Both the position numbers and the translations under genes were made by a program. From positions 224,001 through 288,000 of the forward strand of contig JBDRBB010000008.1 in assembly GCA_043823065.1 (NCBI GenBank): a DNA stretch of 64,000 bases. Direction: 5' to 3'. Numbering within the stretch: position 1 is the stretch's first letter; the number at the start of each line of letters is the position of its first letter. The DNA comes from Pseudomonadota bacterium (GTDB lineage: Bacteria; UBA10199; 2-02-FULL-44-16; DYJF01). The notes under the pieces are model-generated. The model worked only from the letters and a program-made list of their open reading frames with translations. It did not search any database and was not told the origin of the DNA. Shown here one piece after another: positions 38,752 to 47,337 of this stretch.

Positions 38752-40005
38752 ATGGAACAAAGCTTTTTTGATTTTAATAAAATTGTTGAAGAACCTGCTG
38801 TCTTAAATAATGATAAACCTCATATCTACACTATCTCTGAAATCACCAAACAAGTTCGGGATATTTTGGAAAATACTTATCCAGATATTTGGTTAACTGG
38901 GGAAGTTAGTAATCTGCGCAATGCTCAGGCCAAGAACTATTATTTTAGCTTAAAAGATGAGCAAACTCAAATGCGGGCTGTGATCTTTGGGGGACGTGGC
39001 AGGTTAAATTTTGATTTAGAAGATGGCCAGGAAGTGGTTTGTCATGGCAAGCTTGCGGTGTATAGCGCGCGCGGTGAATATCAAATCATTGTTGATTATT
39101 GCGAACCCAAGGGTAAGGGCGCTTTGCAAATTGCTTTTGAGCAACTCAAAAAAAAATTGCAGACAGAAGGTTTGTTTGCCAATGAACGCAAGCGGCCCAT
39201 TCCTTTTTTGCCGCGTAAGGTTGGGGTAATCACTTCTCCAACTGGTGCAGCAATCAGGGATATTATAAATGTTTTGACCAGAAGGTTTCCCAATATTGAA
39301 ATTTTGTTAATTCCTGTAAAAGTGCAAGGAGCTGAAGCAGCAGGTGAAATTGCTGCAGCCATTAATCTCCTGAATCAAAGAGATGATGTGGATGTAATGA
39401 TTGTGGGTCGGGGCGGCGGTTCTTTGGAAGATCTCTGGGCTTTTAATGAGGAAGTTGTGGCCAGGGCAATTTTTGGTTCGCGCATCCCGGTTGTGAGCGC
39501 GGTTGGTCATCAAATTGATTATACAATTGCGGATTTTGTGGCAGACGTCAGAGCAGCTACTCCTTCAGCTGCTGCAGAGCTGGTTGTGCCAAGATTAGTT
39601 GATTTACAGGAAGCAATTAAAAATTATCAACGTCAGTTGAAACTAGCCCTTAATCAATTGCTTAAGCAGCGCTGGAATGAAGTGCAGAGATTTAGGGGCC
39701 AAATTGTTGATCCTAGCAGGCGTTTTCCAGATTTATATATGCGCGTAGATAGTTTGCAAGAGAGGTTAAAATTTGTCAGTGATGCTAAAATTAAAAATTT
39801 TGCCCAACAGATCGATAAACTCACTAGTAATCTTACTCATCTTTCTCCCATGCATATTCTGGAAAAAGGCTATGCTGTGGTGACCAAGCTGGGAGATAAA
39901 GATTCCTTAAAATCCGCCAAAGCGCTAAGCGCTGGCCAAGACCTTAAAATACGCTTTTATGAGGGTGTAGTAGCTGCTAAAGTTACGAAAAACATTGACG
40001 AATAA
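38752..40005 (+). CDS. xseA: Exodeoxyribonuclease VII large subunit
   Basis: GEVSN, YFSLKD, ITSPTGAAIRD, RGGGSLEDLWAFN and ATPSAAAE. Confidence 0.95.
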   Translation: MEQSFFDFNKIVEEPAVLNNDKPHIYTISEITKQVRDILENTYPDIWLTGEVSNLRNAQAKNYYFSLKDEQTQMRAVIFGGRGRLNFDLEDGQEVVCHGKLAVYSARGEYQIIVDYCEPKGKGALQIAFEQLKKKLQTEGLFANERKRPIPFLPRKVGVITSPTGAAIRDIINVLTRRFPNIEILLIPVKVQGAEAAGEIAAAINLLNQRDDVDVMIVGRGGGSLEDLWAFNEEVVARAIFGSRIPVVSAVGHQIDYTIADFVADVRAATPSAAAELVVPRLVDLQEAIKNYQRQLKLALNQLLKQRWNEVQRFRGQIVDPSRRFPDLYMRVDSLQERLKFVSDAKIKNFAQQIDKLTSNLTHLSPMHILEKGYAVVTKLGDKDSLKSAKALSAGQDLKIRFYEGVVAAKVTKNIDE

Positions 40006-40013
40006 GAGGTTAT

Positions 40014-40241
40014 ATGACCAAAAAAACATTTGAACAATCTTTGGAAGTTTTGGAAAAAACAGTTCGTCAGCTAGAAACTGGTGATCTGACTTTAGATCAA
40101 TCCATTACCGCATTTGAAGATGGTATGAAACTGGTTAAAGAATGCGAAGCCAAGCTCAAGGAAGCTAAAGCCAAGATTGAAAAGCTCATCAAAGATCAAA
40201 ATGGAAATACTAAAATAGAGACTTTTGAAGCAGAGGAATAA
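40014..40241 (+). CDS. xseB: Exodeoxyribonuclease VII small subunit
   Basis: FEQSLEVLE..V..LE.G.L.L..S...FE.G pattern; follows xseA. Confidence 0.93.
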   Translation: MTKKTFEQSLEVLEKTVRQLETGDLTLDQSITAFEDGMKLVKECEAKLKEAKAKIEKLIKDQNGNTKIETFEAEE

Positions 40242-40243
40242 AA

Positions 40244-41122
40244 GTGGATTTAAAAACTTATCTAGCAGAGCGCAAAGAAATAGTGGATATTGCTTTGACC
40301 AAATCTTTGGCAGATCCATTTATCCCAGCTCGTTTGCGCGAAGCTATGGAATATAGCTTAAAAGCTGGGGGCAAAAGAATTCGTCCTATTTTAGTGATTG
40401 CGGGCGCTGAAGCCATAGGCAAAGCTGCTGCAGAGGTCATGGAGATTGCTTGTGCCCTGGAAATTATCCACACCTTTTCTTTGGTTCATGATGATTTGCC
40501 AGCTATGGATGATGATGATTTAAGAAGAGGCCTGCCCACTAATCATAAAAAATTTGGCGAAGCCACAGCTATCTTAGCTGGAGACGCGCTTTTAGCTGAA
40601 GCTTTTTGGTTGCTAACCAAGAAGCCTGCAGCCAATGCTCAAGTTCAGTTGCAAATTATAAACGATATTGCCACAGCAACTGGCGGCCGGGGTATGACTG
40701 GTGGCCAACAAATAGATATAGATGCTAGTGGCAAGAAAATTAGCTTAGAGCACCTAAATCAGTTACATAAAATGAAGACCGGTTGTTTATTGACTGTGGC
40801 AGCTACATCAGGCGCTAAATATTGCGGAGCAACTGCTCAGCAGATTCAAGCCTTAGAAAACTATGGCCAGGCCATAGGCCTAGCTTTCCAGATTGCAGAT
40901 GATATTTTAGATATTGAAGGAAATCAGCAAGAGCTGGGTAAAGATATTGGCAGTGATCTGGAAAATGAAAAAGCAACATATCCAAGTTTGCTGGGTTTAG
41001 ATAAATCCAAAATTAGGGCGCAATCCTTGGTTAATGAAGCTATTGCTGAGTTAGAGATTTTTGGGGACAGAGCTGAACCTTTGAAAGAGATTGCTAGGTA
41101 TATTGTGGAGAGGCGAAGCTAG
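40244..41122 (+). CDS. ispA: Farnesyl diphosphate synthase (geranyltranstransferase)
   Basis: GGKRIRP, HDDLPAMDDDDLRRG, KTG and FQIADDILD. Confidence 0.93.
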   Translation: MDLKTYLAERKEIVDIALTKSLADPFIPARLREAMEYSLKAGGKRIRPILVIAGAEAIGKAAAEVMEIACALEIIHTFSLVHDDLPAMDDDDLRRGLPTNHKKFGEATAILAGDALLAEAFWLLTKKPAANAQVQLQIINDIATATGGRGMTGGQQIDIDASGKKISLEHLNQLHKMKTGCLLTVAATSGAKYCGATAQQIQALENYGQAIGLAFQIADDILDIEGNQQELGKDIGSDLENEKATYPSLLGLDKSKIRAQSLVNEAIAELEIFGDRAEPLKEIARYIVERRS

Positions 41123-41124
41123 TT

Positions 41125-41193
41125 ATTGTCATTCCCGCGCAGGCGGGAATCCCATGGAGCTCTTGGGATTCCTGCTTTCGCAGGAATGACAAT
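41125..41193. repeat. REP-like palindrome family 2, full inverted doublet
   Basis: ATTGTCATTCCCGCGCAGGCGGGAATCCCA ... TGGGATTCCTGCTTTCGCAGGAATGACAAT. Confidence 0.85.
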
Positions 41194-41201
41194 CTAAAAA
41201 T

Positions 41202-41627
41202 ATGAGATGCTACACAAAAGAAATTAACATATCCACATCCCAACCTTTAGAATTTATAGATATTACAAATCAAGTAAGGGAATTAGTGGAGAGACGCGGT
41301 ATTAGCAATGGTTTGGTTAATATTTGTTCCAAACATACCACAACAGGGGTGAAGATTAATGAACGTTGTGCGCGTTTGCAGCAAGATATGGAGGAAATGC
41401 TTAAGGAAATTGCTCCTCAGGCTAAGACCTATAAGCATAATGAACAAACAGTAGATGGCAGGGGTAATGCTCATAGTCATTTGATGTCTTTAATTGTGGG
41501 TAGTTCTGAAACTATTCCAGTGGAACAAGGGAAATTAAAACTTGGTACCTGGCAATCTATCTTTTTTATGGAATTTGACGGTCCCCGATCCTCACGCGCT
41601 GTTTCTGTCACAATAGTGGGAATATAA
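41202..41627 (+). CDS. yjbQ: YjbQ/UPF0047 family protein
   Basis: HTT...INE, NAHSH and LGTWQSIFFMEFDGPR. Confidence 0.9.
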   Translation: MRCYTKEINISTSQPLEFIDITNQVRELVERRGISNGLVNICSKHTTTGVKINERCARLQQDMEEMLKEIAPQAKTYKHNEQTVDGRGNAHSHLMSLIVGSSETIPVEQGKLKLGTWQSIFFMEFDGPRSSRAVSVTIVGI

Positions 41628-41633
41628 TTAAGT

Positions 41634-43010
41634 ATGTTAGCTAAAAACGACATTGCTGGTTTTTTTGCTGAACCAGAGAATTTAGATCTGGAACAGTATA
41701 TTATTCAGACCTATTATTTTGAAACTACTGCTAATCCTGAACTGGCAGCAGCAGGTTTGGCCAGTGAGCAAAGCACTGCCCAATGGAAGCGGCCTCAGGT
41801 TGCAGAAGATCTTAGGAAAAAGTTTGGCGCAAAAGTGATTGGTTTGGATGTGTTAGAGGTTTCAGATCAACCGCATGTTTTAACTTCATTTACTCAAGCA
41901 GAGAAATATTCACGCTGTGTAGCGCGCCTGGCTCATCCTATTCAAAATTTTGGCACAAAAATTCCTAATTTACTTACTGCTGTTTGCGGAGAGGGCGCTT
42001 TTCATGCCCCGGAAATTACCTATATCAAGTTAATGGATTTGGGTTTTCCCCAGTCTTTTCTGGCAGATTTTCAAGGCCCGCAGTTTGGCTTGCAAGGTTT
42101 GAAAAAAATTCTGCAAGCTGAAGATAGACCTATCTTTATGGGTGTGGTTAAACCTAATATTGGTTTGCCTGCCCAAGACTTTGCTGACATTGCCTATCAA
42201 AGTTTGCTGGGGGGATTAGACATTGCCAAAGATGATGAAATGCAGGCTGATTGTGCAAACTCTCCTTTGATTGAACGAGCCAAATTAATGAAACAAAAAG
42301 TTGCAGAAGCTGCCCAAAAAACAGGGGAGCCAAAAATCTTTTTGGCCAATATCACAGATGAAGTTGATCGTTTGCTAGAGCTGCATGATTTGGCAGTGGA
42401 AAACGGGGCTGGTGCGGTAATGGTTAATAGCATGACTGTTGGTCTTTCAGCTTTGCGCATGCTTAGAAAACACGCTACAGTGCCCATTGTAGGTCATTTT
42501 GATTTTATCGCTCCCTTTGCCCGCTTGTCATTTTTTGGCGTTTCCCAATTGGTGATTAACAAGCTGCAACGCTTAACTGGTTGCGATGCTATTATCATGC
42601 CTGGTTTTGGTCGGCGCATGTTGGTGGAAGAAGAAGAAGTAAAAGCAAATGCTCAGGCTTGTTTAGCTACTATGGGTGAAGTAAAAAGAACTCTGCCCAT
42701 TCCTGGCGGTAGTGATTGGGCAGGCACTTTGCCAGTTTTATATGAAAAATTACGCACCCTAGATTTTGGTTTTGTGCTTGGCCGCGGCGTGTTTGATCAT
42801 CCCCAGGGAGCAGCTGCTGGCGCTAGAAGTATTAGGCAGGCTTGGCAAGCCATAGTGAATCGCCTTTCTTTGCAGGAATTTGCCAAAGATCATGTGGAAT
42901 TAAGACAAGCAATAGAAGTTTTTGGGAAAGGTATAAGCCATGATGAAAAAACTAATTTTTATCATCAGCTTGACGCTGATCGCGTTGATTTCTTTAAAGG
43001 CACAAGCTGA
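41634..43010 (+). CDS. RubisCO-like protein (form IV), resembling the IV-Photo clade
   Basis: SEQSTAQW, GEG, GPQFG, VVKPNIG, AKDDE, GHF, PGGS and GRGVFDHPQG. It has KPN instead of KPK and lacks the loop-6 Lys of carboxylating RubisCO. Confidence 0.9.
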   Translation: MLAKNDIAGFFAEPENLDLEQYIIQTYYFETTANPELAAAGLASEQSTAQWKRPQVAEDLRKKFGAKVIGLDVLEVSDQPHVLTSFTQAEKYSRCVARLAHPIQNFGTKIPNLLTAVCGEGAFHAPEITYIKLMDLGFPQSFLADFQGPQFGLQGLKKILQAEDRPIFMGVVKPNIGLPAQDFADIAYQSLLGGLDIAKDDEMQADCANSPLIERAKLMKQKVAEAAQKTGEPKIFLANITDEVDRLLELHDLAVENGAGAVMVNSMTVGLSALRMLRKHATVPIVGHFDFIAPFARLSFFGVSQLVINKLQRLTGCDAIIMPGFGRRMLVEEEEVKANAQACLATMGEVKRTLPIPGGSDWAGTLPVLYEKLRTLDFGFVLGRGVFDHPQGAAAGARSIRQAWQAIVNRLSLQEFAKDHVELRQAIEVFGKGISHDEKTNFYHQLDADRVDFFKGTS

Positions 43011-43515
43011 TTTATTGGAAAAAAACTTTCCTGCAGCAACGCCTAGCAGAGGTTTGGAAACTGCGGCAGTTGATTTAGATCCAGCTACAATTAATGGTTA
43101 TGTAGTGGTGATGAAAGAAGGCATTCCAGCTGAGCAGGCCCAATTTTATATAAGTTGGGGAGATTATGATTATCGCGCTTCAAAGGTTGAAGACGGCAAA
43201 ATTAAGACCAGACGCGGCAAGATTTATACTTTTCTTCAACCAGGCGATATCATGGCCGTGGTTAATACCATAAAATTTGGCCAGAGATTTAATATAAGAT
43301 TGATTTCACCTACACCATATGTGCCGCTTGATCGGCCTAAAGATAAAAGGCATTCCAGAGTTACTTGTTCAGTAGGATTTAAATTGCCCAAAAATGAACA
43401 ACAAGGTCTAGCTACAATCGAGAAGTGGTTAAAGCCATTTGCCAATTACAATGACGCCAAAGATTATGCTGAAGGCTTAAAGCGAGCGCAAAAAACAATC
43501 TATCACAGTTTGTAA
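42940..43515 (+). CDS. Exported hypothetical protein
   Basis: Classical signal peptide MMKKLIFIISLTLIALISLKAQA; overlaps the RLP tail by 71 nt. Confidence 0.6.
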   Translation: MMKKLIFIISLTLIALISLKAQADLLEKNFPAATPSRGLETAAVDLDPATINGYVVVMKEGIPAEQAQFYISWGDYDYRASKVEDGKIKTRRGKIYTFLQPGDIMAVVNTIKFGQRFNIRLISPTPYVPLDRPKDKRHSRVTCSVGFKLPKNEQQGLATIEKWLKPFANYNDAKDYAEGLKRAQKTIYHSL

Positions 43516-44799
43516 ATTTGGCTCGCCCATTTCTTCTAATTCATAGCGCACACGCAAAGCAGGTTTATCAAATTTAATCACCCGCCTTAAATCAATGGGG
43601 CTACCTACCAAGACTAAATCCGCAGGCGTGGCTCTAATGGTTTCTTCTAATTCTTTGAGCTGATCTTCATAATAACCCAGAGCTGGAACCAGCTTGCCTA
43701 ATTGAGGAAATTTGGTGTAAGCCTCTTTGATAGAACCCACAGCATAAGGTCTGGGATCAACAGTTTCTGCTGCTTCGCATTCATCAGCGCAAACCATGCC
43801 TGCGCCATAGCTCATGCCGCCATGAGTTAGAGTAGGGCCGTCTTCAATTACTAAAACTTTTTTTCCTCTAATTTGCTCTGGCTCATCAACGGTAATTTGC
43901 GAATCACCCTTAATCACTTTAGCCGTAGGATTGCAGATTTTTATATTTTCTAGCAAGGTATTTAGCTGCTCAGCAGAAGCTTGTTTATATTTGTTGATAA
44001 CCAATACATCAGCAGTTAAAAAGTTGACCTCTCCTGGATAAAAGCTTCGTTCATGACCAGGACGCAAAGGATCCAGCACGGTGATTTCCAAATCTGATTT
44101 TAAAAATGGCGTGTCGTTGTTGCCACCATCCCAGATAATGATGTCAGCCTCTTTTTCAGCTTGGCGGGTAATTGCTTCATAATCTACGCCAGAATAAATT
44201 ACCAAACCGCGATCAATGTATGGTTCGTATTCTTCGCGTTCCTCAATGGTGCATTCATGTTTATCCAAATCTTCATAAGAGGCGAATCTTTGTACAGCCT
44301 GTTTGGCCAAATCGCCATAGGGCATGGGGTGGCGAATAGCTACAACATTTTTGCCCATTTTCTTTAAGATAGACACCAGCTTGCGGGAAGTCTGGCTTTT
44401 GCCGCAACCAGTTCTGATAGCGCAAACTGAAATAACAGGACAGGCTGCTTTGATCTGGGTTTTATCTGGAGTGAGCAGGGCATAATTGGCACCTGCAGCC
44501 ATGGCTTCACAACCTTTTTGCATTACATATTGGTGAGAAACATCGCTATAAGAAAAAATCACCAAATCAATTTTATGTTCCTTAATCAGTTTGGTTAAAT
44601 CTGTTTCCGGTAAAATCGGAATGCCATTTGGATAAAGTTTTCCGGAAAGTTCTGGCGGATATCTACGGTCTTCAATATTGGGAATTTGAGTGGCTGTAAA
44701 AACAACTACTTCATAATTTGCATTATTGCGAAAATAGGTGTTGAAATTGTGAAAATCCCGGCCTGCTGCACCCATAATTAAAACTTTTTGTTTCTTCAT
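43477..44799 (-). CDS. COG2403-type P-loop ligase (cyclic 2,3-DPG synthetase-like), probably arginine synthetase type
   Basis: GAAGRDFHNFN, RTGCGKSQ, RHPMPYG, EEREEYE, WDGGNND and EDGPTLTHGGM. RBS GGAG before ATG 44799. Confidence 0.7.
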   Translation of the reverse strand: MKKQKVLIMGAAGRDFHNFNTYFRNNANYEVVVFTATQIPNIEDRRYPPELSGKLYPNGIPILPETDLTKLIKEHKIDLVIFSYSDVSHQYVMQKGCEAMAAGANYALLTPDKTQIKAACPVISVCAIRTGCGKSQTSRKLVSILKKMGKNVVAIRHPMPYGDLAKQAVQRFASYEDLDKHECTIEEREEYEPYIDRGLVIYSGVDYEAITRQAEKEADIIIWDGGNNDTPFLKSDLEITVLDPLRPGHERSFYPGEVNFLTADVLVINKYKQASAEQLNTLLENIKICNPTAKVIKGDSQITVDEPEQIRGKKVLVIEDGPTLTHGGMSYGAGMVCADECEAAETVDPRPYAVGSIKEAYTKFPQLGKLVPALGYYEDQLKELEETIRATPADLVLVGSPIDLRRVIKFDKPALRVRYELEEMGEPNLQTVIDCFLRSL

Positions 44800-44800
44800 C

Positions 44801-46264
44801 CTATCTCCTCTGTTTTTTCTTGCTTCTGATTTTCTCATATAATTCAATATATTCTTCAGCTGAGCGATTCCAGGAGAAATCAGTTTTCATGGCATTTAAG
44901 ATCAACTTTTTAAAAGTTTTTTGATCTCTAAACGTGGTTAAACTTTTGTTTAGGGTTTTGATAAATTCCTGGGCATCATATTTCTGGAATTTAAAACCAT
45001 TACCCTTGAGCGTATTTTTATTAAATGGTGTGACTGAATCGTCCAGTCCGCCAGTGGCGCGAACAACTGGAATAGTGCCGTATTTCATACTGATCATTTG
45101 ATTTAAGCCGCAGGGTTCATATCTGGAAGGCATTAAAAAGAAGTCAGATCCAGCCTCGATTAAATGCGCCAGGCTATTATCGAATTTTAGGGCCACACCA
45201 ACATCTTTGGGATATTTTTGGGCCAGGGTTTGAAAAAGTTCATGGTAATGCGGCTCGCCAGTTCCCAAAACAACAACCTGAACGTTGGCTTTAATCAGGC
45301 TGGGAATAACATCTTCTAATAGATCAAAACCTTTCTGTGTGGCTAAACGGGAGATAATACCCATTATAGGAACATCTTTGCGCACTGGAAGTTTAAAGCA
45401 CTTTTGCAGCTCAGTGCGACAAGCGTCTTTACCCTTTAATTCTTTAGCAGAATATTTTTTGGGAATAAGCTTATCTGTGGCAGGATCCCAATGACTATAA
45501 TCAATTCCATTTAAGATGCCGACAATGTCTTTTTTGCGCTCATGCAACACTGCTTCCAAGCCGCAACCATATTCAGGAGTTAGTATTTCTTGGGCATATT
45601 TTTTGCTAACCGTGGTTATTTTATCGGCAAAAACTATTCCAGCTTTGAGAAAATTAATTTTTCCGTAAAATTCCAGTTTATCAAAGGTAAATAAACTCCA
45701 ATCCAGATTAAGCATTGGCATGTCCATATGTTCGAATAAACCTTGATAACCTAAATTATGAATGGTTAGCACGGTCTTAACATTTTTTAAGGCAGGATTG
45801 TTTTTATATAAGGTTTTTAAATATACAGGAACCAAGGCTGCTTGCCAGTCGTGACAGTGAATCAAATCGCACTTGGTTTTGAATGAAGCAATTAATTCCA
45901 AAGCTGCTTTAGCAAAGAAAGAAAAACGCTCGGAATTATCTGGATAGTCTCCTGCTTTGGTTTGATACAGGTATTCACGATCAAAATAAGCTGGTTGTTG
46001 AATAAAAAACACTTCAACATTTTTAGACAAAGAAGTTTGAAAAATTTTGCCTGCAACTTTTTTATCGCCAACTGGAACAGTGACAGTTTGTTTTAAGGAT
46101 TTTATGCCAAAAGTTTTAGCCGAGATGCTGTTGTAAAAAGGCATAATTATAGCCACCTTAACTCCAGCTTGGCCTAAAGCCTTGGGCAAGGTGCCAGCTA
46201 CATCTGCCAAACCGCCTGTTTTGGCGAATGGCACCACTTCTGATGATATAAAGGCAATTTTCAT
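44801..46264 (-). CDS. glgA: Glycogen synthase
   Basis: KTGGLADV, HCHDWQ, TIHNLGYQG, PSRYEPCGLNQ and TGGL. Confidence 0.95.
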   Translation of the reverse strand: MKIAFISSEVVPFAKTGGLADVAGTLPKALGQAGVKVAIIMPFYNSISAKTFGIKSLKQTVTVPVGDKKVAGKIFQTSLSKNVEVFFIQQPAYFDREYLYQTKAGDYPDNSERFSFFAKAALELIASFKTKCDLIHCHDWQAALVPVYLKTLYKNNPALKNVKTVLTIHNLGYQGLFEHMDMPMLNLDWSLFTFDKLEFYGKINFLKAGIVFADKITTVSKKYAQEILTPEYGCGLEAVLHERKKDIVGILNGIDYSHWDPATDKLIPKKYSAKELKGKDACRTELQKCFKLPVRKDVPIMGIISRLATQKGFDLLEDVIPSLIKANVQVVVLGTGEPHYHELFQTLAQKYPKDVGVALKFDNSLAHLIEAGSDFFLMPSRYEPCGLNQMISMKYGTIPVVRATGGLDDSVTPFNKNTLKGNGFKFQKYDAQEFIKTLNKSLTTFRDQKTFKKLILNAMKTDFSWNRSAEEYIELYEKIRSKKKQRR

Positions 46265-46289
46265 ATAGTTATCCCCCCAATAATTTTAA

Positions 46290-47294
46290 TTATAATTGTC
46301 GTAAATATTCTGCTGCAGCTTCTGGCGCTGTAGGACAAATATAAAAACCAGAACCACGTTCAAAACCAGCCACGCGAGTTACCCGAGGTGTTAATTCAAT
46401 GTGCCAATGATAATAGGGCAAATCTGGCATGGCAATTGGCGAAGAATGCAACATAAAATTATAAGCAGGTTGATCTAAGGCCTTGTCTAGTTTTTGCAAA
46501 GTTTTTTGGAACAGATCACTTAAATTTTGAATTTCATGCTTAGTAGCATCTTCAAAATGGGCATCATGCCTTTTAGGCAGAATCCACATTTCAAAAGGAA
46601 AACGCGGGGCAAAAGGACAAATGGTGATAAAATCATCATTTTCCATTACAATGCGTCTTTTATCATTTAGTTCCTGCTGCACGATATCGCAATATAGGCA
46701 GCGTTCTTTATATTCATAAAACTCTTTTGAACCCTGCATTTCTTCCATTACTGCTTTAGGAATAATAGGCAAGGCAATAAGTTGGGAATGCGGATGTTCT
46801 AAGCTGGCGCCAGCGCGATAGCCATGATTTTTAAATATTAGCACATAGCGAAAGCGTTTGTCTTTTTTAAGATCCATGATGCGATCGCGATACGACCAAA
46901 GCACATCTTGGAACTGATTTTCCGGCATAGTTGAAAGAGTAGCGTTGTGATCTGGAGTTTCAATAATGACTTCGTGAGCGCCTATGCCGTTCATCATATC
47001 ATATAACCCAGCGCCCCGACGGTTCAACTCGCCTTCAATGCCCAAGGCAGGAAATTTATTGGGTATAACGCGCAGATTCCAGCCTGGGGTGTTGGCATCT
47101 CCTTCTTTGCGATAGGCTAATACTTCTTTGGGAGTTGCGTGTTCATTGCCAAAGCAAAAGGGGCAAGGCCTGGAAGGGGTTTCGTTTGGTTTTTTAGAAT
47201 CTGTTTCTTGTTTAAAATCTGTAGGTCGTTGTGATCTTTCAGTGGAAATAATGACCCAGCGGCCAACTACAGGATCCTTGCGAAGTTCAGGCAT
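46290..47294 (-). CDS. galT: GalT-family nucleotidyltransferase
   Basis: ELRKDP, RSQRP, CPFC, NKFPAL and GASLEHPHSQL (HxHxQ). Confidence 0.85.
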   Translation of the reverse strand: MPELRKDPVVGRWVIISTERSQRPTDFKQETDSKKPNETPSRPCPFCFGNEHATPKEVLAYRKEGDANTPGWNLRVIPNKFPALGIEGELNRRGAGLYDMMNGIGAHEVIIETPDHNATLSTMPENQFQDVLWSYRDRIMDLKKDKRFRYVLIFKNHGYRAGASLEHPHSQLIALPIIPKAVMEEMQGSKEFYEYKERCLYCDIVQQELNDKRRIVMENDDFITICPFAPRFPFEMWILPKRHDAHFEDATKHEIQNLSDLFQKTLQKLDKALDQPAYNFMLHSSPIAMPDLPYYHWHIELTPRVTRVAGFERGSGFYICPTAPEAAAEYLRQL

Positions 47295-47337
47295 AGTATT
47301 TAACCTCCTAAAATATAGAAAATACGAGCAAAAAGCT

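Noticed and set aside
41634..43010. Carboxylating RubisCO / CO2 fixation
   Set aside because: KPN replaces KPK, the loop-6 Lys is absent, and there is no small subunit or phosphoribulokinase in the window; this is form IV.
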